In this document: piece after piece, positions 21,150 to 30,732 of the stretch
Position numbering within the stretch: position 1 is the stretch's first letter
Layout of the letters: the number at the start of each line of letters is the position of its first letter
Assembly (NCBI GenBank): GCA_963725665.1
Contig: CAVRZA010000001.1
Location: forward strand, 480,001-544,000
Reading direction: 5' to 3'
Length of the DNA: 64,000 nt
Source of the DNA: an uncultured Actinomycetes bacterium
Lineage (GTDB): Bacteria > Actinomycetota > Thermoleophilia > UBA2241
Position numbers and translations under genes: made by a program
Notes under the pieces: model-generated
Told to the model about the DNA's origin: nothing
Seen by the model: only the letters and a program-made list of their open reading frames with translations
Database searches by the model: none

Positions 21150-21509
21150 ATGGCGGAGACCAGCGCGAGCAAGCGCGGATCCAGTCCGCCGGTAAGGATG
21201 AGCAGGCGGCTGAGCAACCACTACGTCTACAGGTTGATCCCGCCGCGGCCAACGTTCCACGAGGACATGAACGACGAGGAGCGGGCCATCATGACCCGCC
21301 ACGCCGCCTACTGGAGCGAGCTGATCGAACAGGGAGGTGTGATCGTCTACGGTCCCGTGGTCGACAGCAGCGGCTCCTGGGGCCTGGGGGTCATCCACGC
21401 CGAGAGCGAGGACGAGGCCCGCGCGTTGCCGGAGGCGGACCCTGCGGTCTCGTCCGGCATGGCGACCTTCGAGATCGGCACGATGCTGGTGGCGGTCCTG
21501 CCGGGCTAG
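21150..21509 (+). CDS. YciI family protein
   Basis: LIPPRPTF...MTRHAAYW...YGPV...DPAV; true start may be ATG 21198. Confidence 0.8.
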   Translation: MAETSASKRGSSPPVRMSRRLSNHYVYRLIPPRPTFHEDMNDEERAIMTRHAAYWSELIEQGGVIVYGPVVDSSGSWGLGVIHAESEDEARALPEADPAVSSGMATFEIGTMLVAVLPG

Positions 21510-21524
21510 CGCAGTCAGGATCGT

Positions 21525-21705
21525 CTAGTCAGTGAACACCAGCCCCGCGATCAGCGCCGCCTCCTCCTGCATGGCCGGGATGGCGTGCGAGTAGGTGTCG
21601 AGCGTGATCGAGACGGTGGCGTGGCTGAGGCGTTCGGAAACGGCCTTTGGGTGGATTGCAGCCTGGGGGGCCAGAGCGGTATGCGTGTGCCTGAGGTCGT
21701 GCAGG
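21525..21705 (-). repeat. Integrase 3'-end remnant (tail 7)
   Basis: LHDLRHTH...PKAVSERLSHATVSITLDTYSHAIPAMQEEAALIAGLVFTD*. Confidence 0.88.
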
Positions 21706-21877
21706 CTACCTGTACTGCTCGCCCTCGCGAAGCCTCCAGGCGCTCCTGGCCGATTCCCTCCGCGGCGGGGAGGCGTTACCCTGCCGGGCCGCTTGGAAAC
21801 GGACTCGACGGCTGGGGTCCGGGGTAGAGATCTTACTTAGCGGCGCAGTGGCGCCGGGGAGCCAGGGCAAGGAGTGC

Positions 21878-22237
21878 ATGATGGCCGACAGCGTGATCTT
21901 CATCGGCTGGTCAAACGCCGTTCGCGGCCGCGAGCAGGCCTCGGAGAAGGTCTTCAGGGAGGCGATGGAGTACTGGGGCCGGCTGCAGGCGGCGGGGGAG
22001 ATCGAAAGCGTCGATGCAGTGCTGCTGGATGCCCACGGCGGCGATCTCGGCGGCTTCTTCCTCCTCAAGGGCGAGCGCGAGAAGCTGGCGCGCGTCCAGG
22101 CGAGCGCGGAGATGGAGAAGCTGATGATTCGGGCGAACGTGATCGTCGACGATCTCGGCGCCGTGGGCGGCGTCACCGGCGAGGGCGTGATGCGGCGGCT
22201 GGCCATGTTCCTGGAGGCCTCGGGCAGCCTTCTCTAG
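21878..22237 (+). CDS. Hypothetical protein (dimeric alpha-beta barrel-like)
   Basis: AAGGAG RBS; FIGWSNAVRGRE...LDAHGGDLGGFFLLKG. Confidence 0.75.
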   Translation: MMADSVIFIGWSNAVRGREQASEKVFREAMEYWGRLQAAGEIESVDAVLLDAHGGDLGGFFLLKGEREKLARVQASAEMEKLMIRANVIVDDLGAVGGVTGEGVMRRLAMFLEASGSLL

Positions 22238-22396
22238 AGGCGGACGGACGTGGGGCGCTGACGCGCTCCACGCCCTATCTTTCTCGTAGCGCCCCGGAGG
22301 ACAGTAGTCCCCACGGGGTGAGCGGCGTGGGCAGCCATGACGTGGACTCGCTCATGAAGTGGCGTGGCCCCCGACGCTGCCTGTCACGACAGGTGT

Positions 22397-22497
22397 CTAC
22401 GCCTCAGCGAACACCAGCCCCGCAATCAGCGCCGCCGCCTCCTCCTGCAGCGCCGGGATGGCGTGCCAGTAGGTGTCGAGCGTGATCGAGACGGTGC
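22397..22497 (-). repeat. Integrase 3'-end remnant (tail 8)
   Basis: TVSITLDTYWHAIPALQEEAAALIAGLVFAEA*. Confidence 0.9.
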
Positions 22498-22547
22498 CGC
22501 CGGGTACATCCCAAAGGGACGCAAGACCGATCAGGAAGGGACCCTCA

Positions 22548-22973
22548 ATGTCACAGCCAAACAAGGAGACTCTGCGACGCATCCCGCTCGAGGCCATCAA
22601 GGAAGGCAAAGTGGAGATCGTCGATGAGGTGCTCGCCGCCGATTTCGTCGAGCACGGCTCGCTGCCGCCCGGGCTGCCCCAGGGCCGCGAGGGGCTCAAG
22701 GCCCTGATCGTGGGGCTGAGGGCGGCGTTCCCCGACTTTCGCTACAGCGTGCTCCACGAGATTGCCGAGGACGACATGGTCGTGCAGCACATGCGCGCCT
22801 CGGGCACGATGAAGGGCGAGTACGCCGGCATGAAGCCGACCGGCAAGAGCGCCACCTGGGACGAGGTTCACATCGTGCGCATGAAGGACGGCAAGGCCGT
22901 CGAGCACTGGGCGGTGGTAGACCAGCTCGGCATGCTTCAACAGCTCGGCTTGGCGCCCGCTGCTCCCGCCTGA
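22548..22973 (+). CDS. Ester cyclase (SnoaL-like polyketide cyclase)
   Basis: AAFPDF...IAEDDMV...GTMKGEYAGMKPTGK...DGKAVEHW..D. Confidence 0.9.
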   Translation: MSQPNKETLRRIPLEAIKEGKVEIVDEVLAADFVEHGSLPPGLPQGREGLKALIVGLRAAFPDFRYSVLHEIAEDDMVVQHMRASGTMKGEYAGMKPTGKSATWDEVHIVRMKDGKAVEHWAVVDQLGMLQQLGLAPAAPA

Positions 22974-23196
22974 TTAAGCAGACGATCGTCCTCTCAGGGC
23001 GCGAACGAGCCACCTACTGTGACTCGTTCGCACCTCTCTTGCGCTAGACGCCTCGTGCTCGCGTGGCCGCACGGCTCGAGGTGTGATTCAAGAGTCTCGA
23101 GGCGCGGCGCCTACCCTACGGCATCAACCTCTGCACAGCGGGTACCGTGATACTTACGGACGCTGCTAGCGTGAAGACGTCACCGAGGAGGGCACC

Positions 23197-23361
23197 ATGG
23201 CACTCTACGAGTTCACCTGCAAGAAGTGCGGCACCGAGTTCGAGGTCACCTGCCACATGGACGAGCGCGACGCCCAAGCGCTCTGCCCCAAATGCGGCAG
23301 CCACAAGGTGCACCAGAAGCTCAGCGCCGCGTTCTCCTCGCCGCGGCCACCCAAATACTGA
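23197..23361 (+). CDS. FmdB-family zinc-ribbon protein (below ORF-track cutoff)
   Basis: GAGGAGG RBS; MALYEFTCKKCGTEFE...CPKCGS. Confidence 0.85.
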   Translation: MALYEFTCKKCGTEFEVTCHMDERDAQALCPKCGSHKVHQKLSAAFSSPRPPKY

Positions 23362-23422
23362 AGCCCAGCTGCGGCGCTCAGCCTGCCAGGACCAACATGG
23401 GCTGCGCTCGCAGAGGACGGCC

Positions 23423-23530
23423 CTACTGCCCCGCGAACACCAGCCCGGCGATCAGCGCCGCCGCCTCCTCCTGCAGCGCCGGGATGGCGTGCGAGTAGGC
23501 GTCGAGGGTGATTGCCACGGTGGCGCGTCC
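23423..23530 (-). repeat. Integrase 3'-end remnant (tail 9)
   Basis: GRATVAITLDAYSHAIPALQEEAAALIAGLVFAGQ*. Confidence 0.9.
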
Positions 23531-23637
23531 GGGGGGAATCGCCACGGGCATCCCCTGTGGCGGCGTCTTCACCGGCCTGTCGGACGCCGGATTGGGGGAG
23601 AACACTGCAAGACGGGGACTGAGGAGGTGTCGCGCGT

Positions 23638-23750
23638 ATAGCTCGTCTGGTGGGAATCAATCACGTGGCGCTCGAAGTCGCAGACGTCGGCGAGGCCCTT
23701 GACTTATACGGGCGCTTCTTCTCCTTCGATTTGCGTGGCAGAGTCGGCTC
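23638..23750 (+). pseudogene. Truncated VOC gene (5' part only, ATG changed to ATA)
   Basis: Near-identical to 19933-20046, then switches to att-region sequence. Confidence 0.85.
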
Positions 23751-23751
23751 G

Positions 23752-23990
23752 CCCAGAATGCTTGAGCACGGCCCAGCACCGAGCCCGCCCGGAACTTTGG
23801 ACCGTGCAGCACCTTTGCGCACGCGGCAGTACGCCCCATCACGCCTTCGGCATGTTTCCTAAACCTGGTGTCGTAGGTTCGATTCCTGCCGGGGGCACCA
23901 GCTTTCTCCTGCATATGCCGATTTCACCTGCCTTCCGAAGTGCCCCTTCCTTGCCGAATCGGCAAGATTGCCGACATTTTGCCGACGAGG
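23752..23990 (+). mobile_element. Second attP-like junction with tRNA-Arg(CCT) 3' half (23854-23900)
   Basis: Flanks homologous to 15578-15812; TGCCGAC pair at 23969/23980. Confidence 0.8.
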
Positions 23991-24133
23991 CGCGGTGACA
24001 TGGTTAACTGCGCGAGCACACAGGCGGGCATCGTCTGCTGATCCGCAAGGTGCGCACGTCAGCGCAACAGCTTCGACAAGCCGATTCGCCGCCCGGCGTC
24101 GCCCTGCTCGGACATCTGAGCGGCCAGGGCGCC

Positions 24134-27100
24134 CTAGCCGCGGCGCCTCCACCACCGACGGCGCTCCTCAGAGGCAACTGGCCCGCGATCGGGTTCTTCT
24201 CTCGACTCGATTGGCCTGGCTACTGGATGCGGATCCAGCGACTCACCCATCGGCTCCAGGATGTACACGGTTCCACTTGTGTCCCCACAGCAGATGCGCG
24301 TCCCTTGCGGACTGTAATCGCAGCAAGACACAAATCCGAGGCACGGCAACATCGCAACACACTCCATGTTCTGGGCATCCCAGAGCGTGAGGGTGCTGCT
24401 GTCCCATGAGCCAGAGGCGATGCGGCTGCCGTCCGGGGAGTAGGCGACAGCGGTCACCGAGCCCGTATGGCCCCTGAAGGTGGCGAGCTCCACGCCATTG
24501 GCGGCGTCCCAGACCTTGAGCGTCCCGTCGCCTGAGCCGGAGACGATGCGGGTGCCGTCCGGGGAGTAGGCCACGGCCCGCACCGAGTCATCGTGGCCGC
24601 TGAAGGTGGCGAGCTCCGCGCCGCTGGCGGCGTCCCAGACCCTGAGTGTCCCGTCACTTGAGCCGGAGACGATCCGGGTGCCGTCCGGGCAGTAGGCAAC
24701 CGTGTTCACCCCCTCCGTGTGCCCGCTGAAGGTGGCGAGCTCCGCGCCGCTGGCGGCGTCCCAGACTCTGAGCGTGTGGTCGTCTGAGCCGGAGGCGATG
24801 CGGCTGCCGTCCGGAGAGTACGCGACGGCGAATACATAGCCGGTGTGGCCGGTGAGGGTGAGAAGCTCCGCGCCGCTGGCGGCATCCCAGACCTTGGCTG
24901 TGTTGTCGTACGCGCAGCCATCGACGATGCGGCTGCCGTCCGGGGAGTAGGCGACGGCCTCCACATAGCCTGTGCCGCTGAGGGTGAGGAGCTCCGCGCC
25001 GCTGACGGCGTCCCACACCTTGAGCGTGCAGTCGCGTGAACCGGAGACGATTCGGCTGCCGTCCCGGGAGCAGGCGACGGCCCGCACCCAGTCCGTGTGA
25101 CCGCTGAGGGCGGTGAGCTCCGCATCGCCGGCGGGGTCCCAGACCTTAAGGGTGCCGTCGCCTGAGCCGGAGACGATGCGGGTCCCGTCCGGGGAGAAGG
25201 CGACGGCAGACACCGAGTACGTGTGCCCGCTGAGGGTGGCGAGCTCCGCGCCATTGGCCGCGTCCCAGACCCTGACGGTGTAGTCGTCTGAGCCAGAGGC
25301 GATGCAGGTGCCGTCCGGGGAGTAAGCCACGGTGAGCACCGGTTTCGTGTGCCCGCTGAGGGTGGCGAGCTCCGCGCCGCTGACGGCGTCCCAGATCTTG
25401 AGGGTGTTGTCCCAGGAGCCGGAGGCGATGCGGCTGCCGTCCGGGGAGTAGGCGACGGCGGTCACGTGATCCGTGTGGCCGCTGAGCGCGGCGAGCTCCG
25501 TGCCGGCGGCGGCGTCCCAGACCTTAAGGGTGCTGTCGCCTGAGGCGGAGGCGATGCGGCTGCCGTCCGGGGAGTAGGCGACCGCCTGAACGTGGCTAGT
25601 GTGGCCAGTGAGGGCAGCGAGCTCCGCGCCGGTGTCAGCGTGCCACACTTTCAGAGTGTTGTCGCCTGAGCCGGAGACGATGCGGTTGCCGTCCGGGGAG
25701 TAGGCGACGGCATACACCGAGTCCGTGTGGCCGCTGAGGGTGAGAAGCTCCGCGCCGCTGACGGCGTCCCAGATCTTGAGAGTGTTGTCGCCTGAGCCGG
25801 AGACGATGCGGCTGCCGTCCGGGGAGTAGGCGACGGCCTGAACGTGGCCAGTGTGGCCAGTGAGGGTGGCGAGCTCCGCGCCGCTGACGGCGTCCCACAC
25901 CTTAAGCGTGTTGTCCTCTGAGCCGGAGAGGAAGCGGGTGCCTGAGCCGGAGACGATGCGGCTGCCGTCCGGGGAGTAGGCGACCGCCCCCACCAAGCCC
26001 GTGTGGCCGGCGAGGACGCGTATCAGCGCCCCCGACTCGCGAAGTCGAGTCAGCAAGTGCAGCCACAGTCCGGCGCCGGGCTTGCTGCGTTCCTCGAGCT
26101 CGGGTGCAAGAACCCCGGAGACGACCCCCCCGTTCTCCGGCCCGTCGACCCACTGCAGCCGGTTGTACATCTGCTGCCAGAGCAGATCGGGGCCCGGGGT
26201 CAGGTTGTGCGCCTCCCGACCGAGTATCTTCGCGAACGCCTCGAGCACGAGGCGCTGATCGGACCGTGCCGTCATTGGGTCGCCCACGAGCGCCTGCGCG
26301 GCCGGGAAGGCTGCCAGCGCCCGGTCGTAGTCGTCGATCAGCGCCAGCACGCCGTTGTAGACGCCGACGTCCTCGCCCTCGGCGCCGGCGCTCGTCACGA
26401 CGGCGACGCGCTTCGCTTTCTGTTCGAGGTAGGTGAAGTCGGTGAGCGTGGCAGAGAGGTCATCCCAGCGCTCGGCCCGGGTGAGGTGGTAGGGCAGCTC
26501 GGCGAGCGCGTGCGCGCTGCCTTTCCACTCGCGCGCGCCCGCGTCCTTGCCGCGTGCCAGCCGTTGCATCACGTTCGCGAGCACGTCGTGCAATTGCGCT
26601 GACCGTCCGTCGACGTAGCGCTTCTGTGCCGCGTCGGCAAGCTCCTTGTGGAAGAACGACAGCAGCGACGCCCCTTCGGAGGCCCGCGGACTCAGGTACG
26701 GCGCCAGATCGAAGTGCAGCCGCGACCACACGACGACCGGCAGCTGCCGCAGCGGCATCTCCCATTCGGCGCCGGCCCTGAACTCCGCCCACGTCTCCTC
26801 GTCGGCGGCGAGCGCATCGAGGAGCTCGTCCTCGGAGAGGCCCAGCCGCTCGTAGGCGCAGGCGAGGAAGCCGAGCGCGTGGCCCACCAGCTCGCCCCCG
26901 TGCTCGGTTTCGAGCCGCTTGTAGAGGTCGCCGATGATGGCGGGCTCGTCTGCGCCGATCCGGACCTCCTCGAGTGCGGAGGGCCACAGACGCGCCTCCT
27001 CGAAGGCGAGGCGCAGGTAGAGCGGTGAGCCGCGGGCGCCAAAGCGTCCGAGGATTCCCTCGCGTTGCGGGGGCCTGAGCGTGCGGCCGCTATTCTGTAG

Positions 27101-28639
27101 CCAGGAGTCCAGCAGGCTCTCGCCCTCGTCCGGTGGCATTCCCTGAAGCTCCAGCACGAGGTTCTCGGGCAGGCGGTCTGCCAGGCTCTCGAGGAGGGGA
27201 CCGGGCCTGGTCGCGGTGACCAGACGGACTTTAGCGGGCAGCTCGGAGGGCAGCCAGGACAGGTTCGTGCCCTCGCCCCCAACCAGTTGATCGAGCGAGT
27301 CCAGGAAGACGATGAGCGGCCGCTCCGCCGATGCGAGCTCGAGTCGCTTGGGCAGCTCGCGCTGGAGATCCTGCAGGGTAGATGGGACCGGCTCGCTCGA
27401 TCCGTAGGCCTCACCGATCTCGCCGCACAGGTCCTGCAGCAGGGAGCGAGGATCGGCCGAAGCCGACGTGACGCCGATAAAGCGCGTCACGATCACCGCG
27501 TCGGAATGCTTCTCGCCGGCGTCGGTAGCCGCGCGTGCCATGAGCGCCGACTTGCCGAGACCTCCGGCGGCGAACACGCAGAGGGGGTGGTCGCTCCCGC
27601 TGGCCAGGTAGCGAGCGATGGCGTCGAGGTAGCGCGCCCGCCCGATGAACCCATCGGCGTGCTCCGCCGCGAACGCGCCGTGCGCCGCGCGCTCCTGGTC
27701 AAGATGCGAGTAGGCGCCGAGCCGCTCGATCTCGGCGTCGATGACGCGCGTGAGCGACGAGAGCATGTCCGCGCAGAGCTGGTCGATGTGAGCGGTGCTC
27801 GCAGCGGCGCCGGTCCACTGGGCCTGGTACTCGAAGGCGTTGTCGCCCAGCCCCCGGTCCTGGCGAGACGCGCCGTCGCCAAGCCGCTCGCGCAGGCGGG
27901 TCTTGAGGTCTTCGAGCAGCGCCCCAGCCTCTTTGTCAGGGGTCCCGTCCTCGTGGAAGTCGCGGTAGTTCGCGGCCGGGGGCCACAGCTCCGGGTCATC
28001 GCAGGGCGGCACCCGGTCCGGTAGGCCGCTGAGGTCGCGCAGGAAACAGAAGACATGCTCGTCGGCGTACTCGGCCGCAAAGGCGCCCTTTAGGATCTCC
28101 TGTTCGGTCGCCGAGAGGGTGTACTTGGCGAGTGCGGCGTCCGGGAGACCGGCGCCGCGTGCCGCCTCAGCGAGCGCCTCGCGAAGGGCGTCCGCATCGT
28201 AGGCCGCTGCACCCTCGCGGCGCGGCTCAAGCACGTACTCCGGCGGGACCGCATTGTCGTCGCGGTAGTAGGCAGCTTCTGGGGCCGCCAAGGCCGCCGG
28301 GGCGAGTAGCGCCTTGAGGGTCTCGAACTCCTCGGCGCCGACGACTTCGGGCAGCGGGCGCCAACCGTAGCGGTCGCCGAGAAGCACGACGAAGTTCGGC
28401 CTGGGCGAGACCTCCTGGCAGCGCGCGACTTCCGAAAGGCAGATGCGCATCGTACGCTGACCGGCCGAGGCCTCTTCCCCGATGCCCCAGCGCAGATCGA
28501 CGGCCTGGAAGGCATAGCCCTTGGCCGCACAGTGTGCGCGCAGCTCCGGGAAGACCTTCTCCTGCAGCGCGTCGCGCTCCGCCTTGAGATCGCGGAAGGT
28601 GGAGGAGACGAAGACACGGAATACCCGAGTCCCGAGCAT
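24134..28639 (-). CDS. DUF4062 + NACHT/STAND NTPase + WD40 protein (NWD1/TEP1-like, NLR-like)
   Basis: RVFVSSTFRDL..ER, DLRWG, LLGDRYGW; Walker A GGLGKS; Walker B IVFLDSLD; ~13-14 GH...WD repeats. Confidence 0.92.
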   Translation of the reverse strand: MLGTRVFRVFVSSTFRDLKAERDALQEKVFPELRAHCAAKGYAFQAVDLRWGIGEEASAGQRTMRICLSEVARCQEVSPRPNFVVLLGDRYGWRPLPEVVGAEEFETLKALLAPAALAAPEAAYYRDDNAVPPEYVLEPRREGAAAYDADALREALAEAARGAGLPDAALAKYTLSATEQEILKGAFAAEYADEHVFCFLRDLSGLPDRVPPCDDPELWPPAANYRDFHEDGTPDKEAGALLEDLKTRLRERLGDGASRQDRGLGDNAFEYQAQWTGAAASTAHIDQLCADMLSSLTRVIDAEIERLGAYSHLDQERAAHGAFAAEHADGFIGRARYLDAIARYLASGSDHPLCVFAAGGLGKSALMARAATDAGEKHSDAVIVTRFIGVTSASADPRSLLQDLCGEIGEAYGSSEPVPSTLQDLQRELPKRLELASAERPLIVFLDSLDQLVGGEGTNLSWLPSELPAKVRLVTATRPGPLLESLADRLPENLVLELQGMPPDEGESLLDSWLQNSGRTLRPPQREGILGRFGARGSPLYLRLAFEEARLWPSALEEVRIGADEPAIIGDLYKRLETEHGGELVGHALGFLACAYERLGLSEDELLDALAADEETWAEFRAGAEWEMPLRQLPVVVWSRLHFDLAPYLSPRASEGASLLSFFHKELADAAQKRYVDGRSAQLHDVLANVMQRLARGKDAGAREWKGSAHALAELPYHLTRAERWDDLSATLTDFTYLEQKAKRVAVVTSAGAEGEDVGVYNGVLALIDDYDRALAAFPAAQALVGDPMTARSDQRLVLEAFAKILGREAHNLTPGPDLLWQQMYNRLQWVDGPENGGVVSGVLAPELEERSKPGAGLWLHLLTRLRESGALIRVLAGHTGLVGAVAYSPDGSRIVSGSGTRFLSGSEDNTLKVWDAVSGAELATLTGHTGHVQAVAYSPDGSRIVSGSGDNTLKIWDAVSGAELLTLSGHTDSVYAVAYSPDGNRIVSGSGDNTLKVWHADTGAELAALTGHTSHVQAVAYSPDGSRIASASGDSTLKVWDAAAGTELAALSGHTDHVTAVAYSPDGSRIASGSWDNTLKIWDAVSGAELATLSGHTKPVLTVAYSPDGTCIASGSDDYTVRVWDAANGAELATLSGHTYSVSAVAFSPDGTRIVSGSGDGTLKVWDPAGDAELTALSGHTDWVRAVACSRDGSRIVSGSRDCTLKVWDAVSGAELLTLSGTGYVEAVAYSPDGSRIVDGCAYDNTAKVWDAASGAELLTLTGHTGYVFAVAYSPDGSRIASGSDDHTLRVWDAASGAELATFSGHTEGVNTVAYCPDGTRIVSGSSDGTLRVWDAASGAELATFSGHDDSVRAVAYSPDGTRIVSGSGDGTLKVWDAANGVELATFRGHTGSVTAVAYSPDGSRIASGSWDSSTLTLWDAQNMECVAMLPCLGFVSCCDYSPQGTRICCGDTSGTVYILEPMGESLDPHPVARPIESREEPDRGPVASEERRRWWRRRG
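24380..26010 (-). repeat. Intragenic 126-bp WD40 repeats
   Basis: gccgtccggggagtaggcgac recurs at ~126 bp period. Confidence 0.9.
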
Positions 28640-28738
28640 GATCAGCCTCCTTGGCCGTTCAGCGCATGGTTTCGCGCTGCAAGAGGCACCCTACTACGAA
28701 CGAGGCGGCGCGACTGCGCACGTCGAGTGTCCTGTCCG

Positions 28739-28808
28739 CTACCTTTCCGCGAAGAGCAGCCCCGCGATCAGCGCCGCCTCCTCCTGCATCGCCGGGATGG
28801 CGTGCGAG
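28739..28808 (-). repeat. Integrase 3'-end remnant (tail 10, minimal 70 bp)
   Basis: SHAIPAMQEEAALIAGLLFAER*; homology ends at the edge of the inverted repeat. Confidence 0.9.
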
Positions 28809-28957
28809 CGGCTGGTGACGGAGATCACAATGCTGCTGGAGGATCGCATCGCTCTTGAGCCAGTGCCCGTGCCCAGCGGCCTTGGGCGGGGCGGCGGGAT
28901 CCTTCGCCCGCCGCCGCCTTCGCACCTTCGGCCTGGCACTCGCTCCCCGGGTCGGTA

Positions 28958-29277
28958 TCAGGAGCCGGGCGGCCTGTAGTCGACCTGCTTCTTGGTCGCC
29001 GCGTCGATCTCCTCCGCCGTCAGCAGCACCGTCGTCGTCACGCTCACCGCCCCGGTGCTCGAGATAGACAGCGCGAGCGCTGCCGCCGTCACGTTGTCGG
29101 GGACACCCGCGATGGCGAACACGTCGTCCTCACCGAAGGCCCAGTAGATCGCTTCGAGCGAGCCCCGGCCTGCTTCATGAGCCGTTCCACTTCCTGGCGC
29201 CGGTTACTGCCGCCCACCTTGAGAAGGCCCTTCGTCCCCTGCGCTGTGTAGCTCACGCGCATCAAGTACTTCGCCAC
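28958..29277 (-). pseudogene. GYD domain protein, frameshift near 29165
   Basis: KYLMRVSYTAQGTKGLLK.GG..RR then LEAIYWAFGEDD...TTTVLLTAEEIDAA..YRPPG. Confidence 0.8.
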
Positions 29278-29769
29278 AACCTCTCCTGTCGCGTCGTTGC
29301 GGAACGCTACCGCTTTCCCCGGCAAGTACTTGGGCAACCGTTGGGCGCGCGACAAGGCTCGACCGAGGACGGACGGTGGGTCGGCGCCGGGCCTCCCGCG
29401 CTCAGGGGCCCCCTCACCAGACAGGGATGGCCGATCGTGGGCACGACGCGTTGGCGGTGCACCCGCTGGCGACCGCCGCCGCCGTGATTCTGCAGCCTGC
29501 GCAGGTAGGGCAAGGGGGCTCTCGCCTCCGGTCTCTACCCGGGTCTTCATCGCCGACCTCGCCCTCTGCGGTGCTCCAACCCGTGCCGTAGCAGGTTCAT
29601 CCAGGGCGAGATGGGCTACGACGGGACAGCACGGGTATCTGCGCGGCACCCCAACGGTTCGATCTCCGGTCGAGGCGGAATACCACATCAGCAAGACGAC
29701 AAGGTTCGCAGCTCTGACCAAAGAGGTGTGGTACCCAGTGGGGCCCACTCAACAGGAGGGAGAACAATC

Positions 29770-30057
29770 ATGGCCTACGGCGTCGTGCATCATTTTCCGG
29801 GCGGCACCAGGGAGCAGTACGAGGCATCGATCGGCGCGGTTCACCCGGGCGAAGGTCTCTTGCCCGAGGGTCAGACCTTCCACGCTGCCGGCCCTTCCGC
29901 CGGCGGTTGGACGATCATGGCCGTGCACGACTCAAAGGAGAGCTGGGAGCGCTTCCGTGACGGCACCCTCCTTCCTCGCATGCAGCAGGGTATCGCGGGC
30001 GGGTTTGCGACGCCCCCCGAGGAGACGACCTTCGAGGTGTACAAGAGCATGCCGTAG
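29770..30057 (+). CDS. Hypothetical protein (dimeric alpha-beta barrel-like)
   Basis: AGGAGG RBS; HFPGGTREQYEA...LPEGQTFHAAGP..GGW. Confidence 0.8.
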   Translation: MAYGVVHHFPGGTREQYEASIGAVHPGEGLLPEGQTFHAAGPSAGGWTIMAVHDSKESWERFRDGTLLPRMQQGIAGGFATPPEETTFEVYKSMP

Positions 30058-30122
30058 AGGGGCCGGAGCGAGCCCGTTAGACCTGCAAGCAGATCGGCGT
30101 AGGCGACGAACGGGCGGGCAGA

Positions 30123-30440
30123 CTACGCTTCCGCGAACACGACTTCGCTTCCGGGAACACGAGCCCCGCGATCAGCGTTGCCTCCTCCTCCTCCTCCTCC
30201 TGCTGCTGCTGCATCGCCGGGATGGCGTGCGATTGGGTGTCGAGGGTGATCGAGACCGTGGCATGCCCCAGGCGCTCATTCTCACCTGTGACTCGACGAT
30301 CAGCGTTGCCCCCTCCTGCCGAGGCGCTCGGAGACGACCTTGGGATGCACGCCGGCCTGCAGGGCCAGGGTCGCGTGGGTGTGGCGCAAGTCGTGCAACC
30401 TGATCGTCGGTAGCATCCCCTTCTTGTCGGCTTGACGGAC
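30123..30440 (-). repeat. Rearranged integrase 3'-end remnant(s) (tail 11) with triplet expansion
   Basis: Local 17-bp duplication, (CTC)n(TGC)n expansion, then second piece IRLHDLRHTHATLALQAGVHPKVVSERLG at 30318-30440. Confidence 0.88.
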
Positions 30441-30519
30441 CCCGCTTGCGGAACGGGGCGCTTCCTGCTCGCCGCCCACGACTGCGCCGCGATTCCGTTT
30501 GACGAATGCGACCGAGCCC

Positions 30520-30604
30520 ACTGGCGCGCGAACATCAGCCCCGCGATCAGCGCCGCCGCCTCCTCCTGCATGGCCGGGATGGCGTGTGGAGTAGGTGTCG
30601 AGGG
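30520..30604 (-). repeat. Integrase 3'-end remnant (tail 12)
   Basis: HAIPAMQEEAAALIAGLMFAR. Confidence 0.88.
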
Positions 30605-30732
30605 ATGGCGATGCTGGCGTGCCGAGACTCAATCTGAGGACGCAACGCCGGCTCGATGGCTACAATGGTCATGAGGTCGAAGCTTGGTCTCATACTACTT
30701 GCGCTGACCAGAGAGCCGATTGAAGGAGCCGC

